DNA of 64,000 nucleotides from contig CM120644.1 of the NCBI GenBank assembly GCA_051362555.1, positions 4,224,954-4,288,953 of the forward strand, in the 5' to 3' direction. Position numbers and translations under genes: made by a program. Under the pieces are notes generated by a model that worked only from the letters and a program-made list of their open reading frames with translations, did no database searches and was not told the DNA's origin. This document shows positions 54,462 to 64,000 of the stretch, one piece after another (the first letter of the stretch is position 1; each line of letters begins with the position of its first letter). Source of the DNA: Lingula anatina. Taxonomy: Eukaryota > Animalia > Brachiopoda.

Positions 54462-56119
54462 AGAACACAATTTAAATTTAATGAAGGTGACATAATACAT
54501 GTGTAATATAAAAGATATACAATCTAGCGCATAATCTTTTGCCATTTATTGGAAACTACAACATAATCTGTTGACAATTTTAGTCCAATTCTTTTTCAAG
54601 TATGAATGTGAACTAAAACACCACCTGTAATGGATTTACTTTTCATTGTATACGTGTTTTTTCCACAAGTATGAAACTATGGACTCCAAACCCAGATTAT
54701 AGGAGTACAGGTATAATATAATATAATATAATATAATATAATATAATATAATATAATATAATATAATATAATATAATATAATATAATATATGAACTTGTA
54801 GTATAAAGACCTAATCAAACATGATTAAAATGGGTTCGAATGTGATTTATAATTTTTAGGAGTCAGTAACGCGCAGGTGGTACCGTGAGATCCGTGTTTG
54901 CTTGGGTCCAGATTCCCATTCAGCTTTAGTGTTATGACATTTGACATCCGTTTAAATTCTGCCACCCGTTTTTGGCACCCATTTTCAATAACTGTGAATC
55001 TTCAGAGATAACCCAAAGTCTCGCAGCTTGATAAGAACTATATCAAGCGGGAGTTTCCAGGATTTGAGGGGAGAGTCGGACAAAAATACTGGTAAATCAG
55101 CGTGGTGCGGCAAAAATGTCATCCATGTTCTTGTATATTCGGTTGTGTTCTACACTAAAGTAGATCCATTACAATCTAATGTTGCGCAACAGTACCAGTA
55201 CAGCACGCTTTATGTGCTACTATTATATTGCTTTCTAAAACGATAATGACGGAGATGAAAGCCTGCCCTTGTTATTGAAACGTTTACCTCGCCTTGCGCC
55301 GATGCACGTGTGTTACCTATTTTAAACGACGCAACACAGTGCCTGGATCCTTTTATGCTAACCTGGACGATTTCCGTTGGTTTGAACGCTTTTTTTTTTC
55401 TCTTCCCACGGGATAGCTTACACTTCTTGACATAGTCAGCCCTGTTCTTTAAAACAGTGCACATGGGCGTAACTAGGCATACGCACGGATGCACTGTGCA
55501 TATAATTTTTTGGCCAACCATGATATTTTATATAGATTTAGTGTATTTTTCAATGAATATAAAATAAAATCCTCTGCTTATTAAAGTCACCTGTATGTAC
55601 AAACCCTCTGTATCAATTGTATAGGCACTTGTTCTTACCCCCCCTCCTCGTCTTGCAAACTGAGGTAAACAATGCCTGTAACCTTAACAAGTCCTATCTC
55701 ACACCCCATTTTCATAGATTTTTAGATCGATCTATCCCTGTGGGGAGTCTCGCTAGATTACTGTCAGCTTGGCCGGCTTAAGAGTCTGTCCCGCCTACTA
55801 AAATCTGTAAGGGGGGAATTAACTATAGTGCCCGCTCGGCTGACTGCAATTTAGCGTGAACCCCCAGGGAGTAAGGTCGATATAAAACTTAATCTTTAGA
55901 TCGATCTAAATCTCTGGGAAAGCACCCTTAATCGTCCATCTAACTGGAACTTCTTTACCTCTTAATTGGAGGGCTCAGTGGCCCTCAACTCTTCTGTACC
56001 CTCTTTCTTGCACCTTTGTGCACTGCACATCCCTTTATTCATTTGCTGTTGTGTCAGGAATAACAGTCCTAGGAATTGAAGTCTGGGGTCCCATATTAAA
56101 ACACTTCAAATGTGTATAA

Positions 56120-58330
56120 AGCCTCAGTCACAACCGGACGCACGAATTTTAGGATCATACGTCCCCTAAGAATTGTGGGTGCAGCGGAGGTCGTAGAGTA
56201 TGTAGAGGTAAACGAAAGGTTTCAAAAGAAAAGTGCAAGTCTTCCTTGCGAGTGGCAGGGACAACGTAAGGTTCCGTTTAAAAGGGATTCTATTTGCTGG
56301 GCACGATGGCCTTGGAAATTGTACTCATTCAGTAAGTTTGTTTTGCGGCCTGCATACGTGGCACGCACTCACCACCTACGAAGAGAATGCAACACACTAC
56401 GAAAATAGTTTACTTTTGGGTCACTTTTGCTTCACATTCGCATCACACGTTTGTGTTGACGTAGTGGCGGCGTACGTCAATTTTGCCTCCTGTTCTCCCC
56501 TTCTTTCTTCTTCCATATCCTTACTTTTCTGTTGTGTGATTTTTTTCCCTTGCCTTTTGTAAGCATTTTAAAAGCTAAATTGAGTAAACTTTGAGATTCC
56601 TGAAAATCATTGTACACAACCGACGTTCATTGTCGAAACACGAGCGTGCGCCATGAGCAAGCCCTTTATATTCCACGCGTGGAGGTAATGCACGTGCGAC
56701 GCATTCCCGGTGTGCTTTCGACTTTGTTCGTTAGCTGTGAGGGCGTGCGCTGTACTCAACACGCAAAAGGCACTTGCTCTTTCATTGTTTGTGACTTGCG
56801 TCTTGGACAAAGCACGTCTTACTTGCGAACTCCTTTCGAGATGGGCAGGTCACGCTTGCGGCCTCGCTACTCGCAGATTATTCGTAGAATCGTTTGGACA
56901 TGTCCAATCTCCGTACGTTCGTGTCTGCGAACTCGAAATTCCGTAAGGACTTGCGTGGGACCTGGGATGCTGCGGCAAATTTGGACGCAAATAGCCCGTA
57001 CAGCAGCCCGTACAGAGCCCGTACAGCAGGCTGTGACCGAGGCTTTAGCTGGTGCGCTTTCCATTCAAGCAACTGTTTCTTGCGAAATTAGGAGTTAACA
57101 GACAGACCGTAAGCACGTACGGAGGATACTGGACATGTCCAAAAGATTATACGAATACTCTGCGAACGGCAAGGCCGCAAAAGTTCAGCCTCGGTCACAA
57201 CCGGGTCGTACGGGCTCTTACGGGCTGTTTGCGTCCACATTTTGCGCAGAATCTCACGTCCCACGCAAGTCCTTCTTAAGCAATTTCGAGTTCGCAGACA
57301 GCCCGTACGGAGGATGTTGGACATGTCCAAAAGATTCTACGAATAGCCTGCGAACAGCTAGGCCGTAAGCGTAATTTGCTCCCCTCGCACGGAGTTAGCA
57401 AGAGAGACACACGTTGTGCAAGACGCACGTCGCAAGCATTGAAGGAGCAAGTGCACTTTGCGTGTTGAGTAAGGCGCACGCCCTCACAACTAACGAACAA
57501 AGTCGAGAGCACACCTGGAATGCGTCGCACGTGCGTCACCCCCACGCCTGGTGTATAAAAGGCGTGCTCACGACACACGCTCGTGTCTTTACAATGAACG
57601 TCGACTGTGTAACGTGTACAACAATTTTCAAATTTTTGCTCAATTTAGTTTCTAATATGCCTCCAAAAGGCAAGAGAAAGAAGCTTACATAGTAGAAAAA
57701 AGGGAGGAGGAAGAAGAAGGAAGAGGAGAACAGGAAGCAAAACTGACTTGCGCCGTCAGTACGTCACCACAAACGTGTGAGGCAAGTGTGAAGCAAAACT
57801 GACGTAAAAGGGCACTACTTTCGCCATGCGTTGCATTCCCTTCGTAAGTGGTGAGTGTGTGCCACGTACACAGGAAGCAAGACAAACTCAAGAAATGAGT
57901 ACAATTTTTCACGGCCATCGCTCCTTGCAATTAATGTCCCTGCTTGAAATAACATCTCATGTGGCCCTTGCGACTCGCAAGGCAGAATTTCCTCTACCTC
58001 TACGACCTCCACGGCCTCTGCAACACCCAAAAATCGCAGGGGACGTACAGGGTACGATCTTGAAATTCGTGCGTCCGGTTGTGACCGTGGCTTAACTAGC
58101 GCCCCTCGCAATAGTTCGCTAGGAGTTCCCAAGTGAGAGGTGCGTGGTCCAAGAAACCCGTCGTAAGCACTGAAGGAGCAAGTGTCCTTTGCATGTTGAG
58201 TACGGTGCACGTCTTCACAGCTAACGAACAAAGTCGAAAATACGGCACAGGAGTGTGTTGCACGTGCGTCACCCCACGCCAGGAATATAAAAAGCGTGCT
58301 CACGACACACGCTCGTGTCTCTACAATTAA
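56120..58330. mobile_element. Cluster of PIF/Harbinger-like ~0.9-kb non-autonomous elements in inverted orientation
   Basis: Termini AGCCTC(A/G)GTCACA...TGTGACCG(A/T)GGCT at 56120-57044 and 57187-58092, TAA/TTA flanks; fragments of a third copy at 57100-57186 and 58096-58330; GC-rich versus background; solo end at ~33697-33727. Confidence 0.75.
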
Positions 58331-59197
58331 CGTCCAAAAGGTTCCTGTAACTAGAGAAGCTAGTTTTGCGTGGTTATGGCAACATCAACCTACCAATTCG
58401 TGATCAAAATAGATGATGCATTTTTTGACGAACATTACTGAGGTGATTAAGGCCAAAAATTTTATTAATGACCAACAAGAATTACACAGCTGTTACGATT
58501 CCATTTTGGTTACATAGGAAACCATCTCTCTCACAATTATAGGCAGGCCTACCCAGCTACCAGACTCGGCACCGAATGATCCTGAATTCACCGCTAGATG
58601 GGACCACACTAGCCGTTTTTAAAGTATGTGGGTAGGTCTGATAGATACAGAATCTATTTAATCATTCATTTCATAAAAATTATAGCAACACACAATCGTT
58701 AAATGTGTTTTAGAATTTATGAAATATACAACTGTATAAATTGTTGTTTATTTAAAATCTTTTGTCCTTATACTTAGGAAGGGGTTTTAGAAATTTAGAA
58801 GGGAGCTATGGCAACCACATAGCTACGATAGCGTCCTGTTTCCTGGGTGTCGGATTCCTGCGCGAATATACAATCCTCGTCCCAGACAAGGTCCAGATAG
58901 ATGGTGGACCGAAATGTTGTTTTTCACTAGTGTTATTTAGTCTCTTTGTAAACAACAATTATATTTTTATCATCCTGTCTTAAGACCAAGACAAATCTCT
59001 TTCATAGCCAATGCAAGTTTGATATTGTGAGTCAAGTCGCGTTCATTTTATAATGCAATACCTTTATTTGTGTGAATATACAGGTAGGACGTCCTTTGTA
59101 GTCGAACACCCTTTTATCATACGTGCGGAGATTTAGCTTGAATCGAGTTGAGTTTAGCCGAAGGATTCGCTATTTATCCAGTTTTACTATTGCCAAA

Positions 59198-60649
59198 ATG
59201 TCTAAGTTTTTCAAATATTGTTCGGGATTATTAAGAATTATTATTATAATAATATTATTATTTGTGCAATCAAGATGGGGATTAGCACGAACCGACTAAC
59301 CAGTACGCTTTAAGAAAGTAAGTAAAAATTAAGTAGTCAGTAATGATGGCGTAATTCACAGCGCAGTCATCTCCAGTATAAAACACTGGTAAAACAATTT
59401 AATCCCTTGATCCCGTATGTATTTGCCGTCTATCTTATCTACCTAACTTCTACACGTACCCTGTACACGCAGCATTGTACATGTAGCTACCCAGTAGGGT
59501 GATCACTTATATCATATTTTAAAGTCAGGGTTGGTTGTCCAAACATTTGCCCATTTGAGAGAAGATAATTGAATTAAGGTATATTTTTTATGCAGAGCGT
59601 GAAGTGGTGTAGGTTGGGGGTGTAAATTACTGTACGTTTACTATACGTGCGTTTGGGCCCGCAATCTTTGTGAACCACGCAATGGCTTCTGAGCCCTCGA
59701 ATGCAAAATAACCCAGACAATTAATTTTTATTACGCAGATGGTGAAAAGACATAGTACACCTACTCCTTTGATCAAGATGGAATAAAAAAAAAAAAAAAC
59801 AACTTTTCGCCTCTTGTGTGTTTTACGGACAATAATGCACGTTCTTTGTCGTTAACAATCTAGATGGCGACCGATTACCCCCCCGGTTACTGCATCTGAT
59901 CACTGGAGAAGAAAGATACGAACAATATTTTATCGCCTCGATTCGAACAACGACGGCATCATTACAAAGGAGGACTTCGAGACCAGCGCCAGGCGTACCA
60001 TAAAGCATCTGAAACTCAATGGTACATTTTAATATTATCTGAATTTGATTAATCTAGGTTCTCAAAAGAATTCCGTGCAGTAATTATGTTCATAATCTTC
60101 CATGGCTCCATTCTACCTCCGTCTCATTGTTTTTCTCTCAAAGACCGTATAGATGTCTTTTTCATAAAAGCTTTATTTTGAAACATTTTTGCAAAAACAA
60201 ACATTTTATTTGAATTATTTTGAGAAAACTTTCCCTCCTTTTTAGACGAACAAGCAGCAAATATACTGAAACAGCGCCTTGAACTATGGGAGTTTCTGTC
60301 AGGTTCCAAAGATGCTTCTCAAGTAACAGAGGAGGAATGTGTGGGATTTGATCCTTCGGTCGCCAATCAAAGTACCTACCGGAAAGAGTTCTTCCCAATG
60401 TTTGTGTCCGTGGGTTTCAAGGTCATGGACATTGATGGTGGTGGTCTTGTAACAAAGGAAGAACACGCCGCTTATTACTACAGCATGAACGTCCCTGTTG
60501 AAGAATCGAAGAAGATATTTGACGAAATGGACACCAACAAGGACGGTTTCATATCCATTGATGAGTACGCGCATGCGTATGCGGAGTTTCTTTTCACCGA
60601 GGATCCAAATAACAAATATAATGGGTTTTTCGGTCCTTTAGTTGATTGA
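59198..60649 (+). pseudogene. Probable C-type EF-hand pseudogene C5
   Basis: Exon 1 59198-59317 internally deleted, with TAA at codon 34; exon 2 59864-60021 has +1 C in a homopolymer; exon 3 60246-60649 open, EF-III DIDGGG. Confidence 0.8.
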
Positions 60650-63600
60650 AGGACTCATTTTAAATTCGATGAAGGTGAATTAATATCGGTACATGTGTAA
60701 TATGAAAGATTTACAATCTAGCGCAAAATCTTCCGCCGTTTGTTGGAAGAAGCAACAAAACGTTTTGATGGTAATTTAGTTCTATTCTTTGACATATATG
60801 AATGTGACCTAAAATAACACCTGTAATGAATTTATTTTCAATAGCATACGTGATTTTTTCATAAATATTAAGCTAATAGACTCCAAATCCAGATTATGGA
60901 AATACTAGTGTATGCATTCATCATATAATATAATATAATATAATATAATATAATATAATATAATATAATATAATATATGCACTTGTAGTATAAAGGCATG
61001 ATAAAGCATGATTAAAATGGGATTGATTGAGATTTTTAGGAGTCATTAACGCGCAGATGGTACCCTGGGATTCGTGTTTGGGCTTAGGTCCAGATTACCA
61101 TTCAGCTTTAGTATTATGACATTTGACATGCATTTTAATTCTGCCACCCATTTTTGCCAACCATTTTCAAAAACTGTGAATCTTCAGAGATAAATCAAAG
61201 TCTCGCAGCTTGATAAGAGCCAAATCAACCGTGAGTTCCCAGGATATTAGGGGAGAGTCGGACAGAAATACTGGTAAAACAGTATGGTGCGGCAAAAAAT
61301 GTCATCCATGTGCTAGTATTTTCGGTTGTGTTCTACGCTAGTAGAACCATTTCAATTTTATGTTGCGCAACAGTACCAGTACACCACGCTTTATGTGCTA
61401 CTTTTTATTGCTTTCTGAAACGAAAATGACGGGGAATAAAAGCCTTCCCTTGTTATTGAAACGTTAACCTCGCCTTGCACCGATGCACATGTGTTACCTA
61501 TTTCAAACGACGCAACACAGTGCCTCGATCCTTTTATGCTAACCTGGGCGATTTTCTTTGGTTTGAACGCCTTTTCCTCCTCCCGCAGGAGAGCTGATAC
61601 TTTTTGACATAGTCAGTCAGGTTGGGGCTATAGACGGAGTATTGGGGTTGATATAATTTATGGGACAATGCTGCCTGTACAAGGTAATGGGGAACGAACT
61701 AGTGTATTAAAATTCTATTACCAAAACTACTTCACCGGTGTAACGAAATTAAGGGTCCGTGTAACAGAAAGTCCGAGCTCTATTTAGTTATAATGGTAAG
61801 GGTTAGCCTGACCTGAGTGGGTCAAAATCTTTTAAATAATTAGGTTTTTAAATAATTAGTGTATTAGTGACATTGTAACCTTGAGATATATGTGTCTGAA
61901 TAAAATTATACAATAAGATATACACATGAAGGGTTTATATTAAGATGAAATTGAGTTCGTAATAAAACACAGACCTCTAAAAGTTGGTTAAAGAAAAAAT
62001 CGGAAACGTTCGTTCTTTAATTTGGTACATTAAAATTGGATTGATTATGTGTTATCTTTATGTATGACTAGTACCCGGGTCAGAAAATAACCAACCTGTC
62101 ATAGTGGTAAAGTGACATGTTGTGGGCAGCTTTACAGTGCACAGTTAAGTGCACAGACAATTTAAAAATATACCCGCACGAAAACGAAGTAGATACTCCA
62201 GCGCAGTAGACTACTGCAATCATACTGCAAATATGCTTCAAATCTGCTTCGAAGTGGGAGCTAATTCGCATATTTGAAACTTGCTTCTATCATGCTGCTA
62301 ATCTACTGCATTAATGCTCCTCCTCTGTACAACCCTATGTAATTTTTGAAGTAGAATTGCAGTAGGCTATACTGCATTTTTACTGCAAATATGCTCCATA
62401 CCACTACTGCGTTAATGCTTCTTTGCTACTTCGATACTACTGCATTTTCGTGCGGGTAGTGCCCATCTATTGAATGCCGTCCACCTTTACAAGCGCTCAT
62501 CAGTGGACTTGGCCCCAGTCTCACAAGGAAAAAAAAAATAGCCAATTATTTGAATGGGATTTCTACGAGAGTGCAGCAACACTGTTCCTGATAGGGGAAT
62601 GTACCCATACAACGTTGGTAATTATGTTCTTAGCCATGTTTCTTTTTTTTGTGAAACCGGGGCCTGGAAAAACGACTCGGTGATGTATTAGTATTGAGCC
62701 ACCTCGTCATAAATCAGCACAATTGTGCATGGTTAAATTTCAGTGTTGATTTACTGTGCTCTTATAAGCATTATTTATTATTGTATCAAAACTGACAAAA
62801 TGACCTATGTTCTGTATCTTAATTTTATGATTTTTGTCTGTACATTTGACGGCTTTGCTGCCTTGTTTACCTATGACTTTGTTTTATGCTGAAGTTTACT
62901 TTGGCTTCACCTATGACGGTAAAGGGCACAATAGGAAGGTTTTCGTTTTAGCAACCCCATTAGAAGAGTGAACCATAACAAAAACTCAAATTACAATGGT
63001 GCTAATTTTGAGAGAAATATATTTGGCAATTAATTCCGCCGCGAAGATACCTTTATTTTCTGCTGACCGCAGTCTACAGGTGGTATGTCGTGATGCTATA
63101 ATGGGAAAGCTACTGAATTAATTCAAATCACGTCACTTTTTTTGATAAGCCTGCCCGGAACAATCCTAGTTAGATTATTTCAGATGCTGTTATTTTAATA
63201 TTGTTTCACACCGAGTTTACATTTGACTTCACCTGTGACGTTATAGAGCACGACGAGAACCTAAGCTGTTCACAAATTGGCGGTTTTAGTTGTGAGTATG
63301 ATTTGTCATTTCACATGTCGACTGTGGAGTTGCCCCGGGTACTGTATGAATGTATGAACAGTCTTGATAAGCAAGGCCAAGGACAGGCCTACCCACCTAC
63401 CAGACTCGGCACCGAATGATCCTGAATTCACCGGTAGATCAGACCACACTACCCGTTTTCAAGGTGTGAGTCAGTAGCCATTACAGTATCAGACGCGACA
63501 CCCCTCTTGCCTAGTACGCGATATACATTGTTTGACGAATATTATTGAGGTGATCAAGGCAAAAAAATTATCAATGACCAACAAGCACAACACAGATGAT

Positions 63601-64000
63601 ACGATTCAATTTTGGTTGCATAGGAACCCATGTCTCTAACAATTATAGACAGAATCTATAGTATTTATTCATTCATTTCAAAAAAAAAATTCATAGCAAC
63701 ACACAATCGTTAAATATATTTCTGAATTTATGAAATATACAACTGTATAAATGTTTTTTATATTAAATCTTTAGTCCTTATACATAAGCAGGGGTTTTAG
63801 GAATTTAGAAGGGAGCTATGGCCACCACCTAGGTACGATAGCATCCTGTGTCCTGGGCGTGGGGATTCTGCGCAAATGTACAATCCTCGTCCCAGACAAG
63901 GTCCAGATAGATGGTGGACCGAAATGTTGTGTTTCACTGGTGTTATATATTTAGTTTCTTTGTAAAAAAAATATATATATATTTTATCATCCTATCTGGA
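60650..64000. repeat. Segmental duplicate of the 41100-44300 intergenic spacer; upstream flank of a further C-type unit
   Basis: Collinear similarity through to gatagatggtggaccgaaatgttgtgtttcactgg, which precedes each C-type exon 1. Confidence 0.85.
62173..62456. mobile_element. 284-bp MITE, CCCGCACGAAAA TIR, TA TSD (CCC...GGG termini, EnSpm/CACTA-like)
   Basis: ta|cccgcacgaaaa...ttttcgtgcggg|ta; the paralogous site at ~42742 reads aaaatatagtgccc with no insert. Confidence 0.88.

Noticed and set aside
56112-58330. Dense overlapping ORFs up to 162 aa
   Set aside because: GC-rich transposon sequence with few stop codons; no recognisable transposase motif

Overview
AT-rich eukaryotic (animal, probably marine invertebrate) genomic DNA with spliceosomal introns; no prokaryotic features. 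The window is dominated by a + strand tandem array of ten three-exon EF-hand genes of the sarcoplasmic calcium-binding protein (SCP) / coelenterazine-binding protein / photoprotein fold (three canonical loops, degenerate EF-II). There are three subfamilies (A x3, B x1, C x5), one C/B chimera, and two of the C copies are pseudogenes. The flank of a further unit starts at the right edge, and a divergent eleventh family member lies at 6.7-7.2 kb. The most notable point, not evident from the ORF track: each array gene has an extra upstream coding exon (36-67 aa when intact, Arg/Lys/Ser/Thr/Leu-rich, almost no Asp/Glu). It splices in phase 0 onto the ancestral start Met and looks like a mitochondrial targeting presequence. 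Embedded on the - strand are a single-coding-exon HHxxxDG condensation/alcohol-acetyltransferase-type enzyme (480 aa) and a two-exon secreted TIL-domain inhibitor. A candidate Cys-rich peptide gene lies at 1.3-2.2 kb. Several non-autonomous DNA transposons can be delimited by TIRs, TSDs and empty paralogous sites. All gene models are manual splice predictions without transcript evidence.
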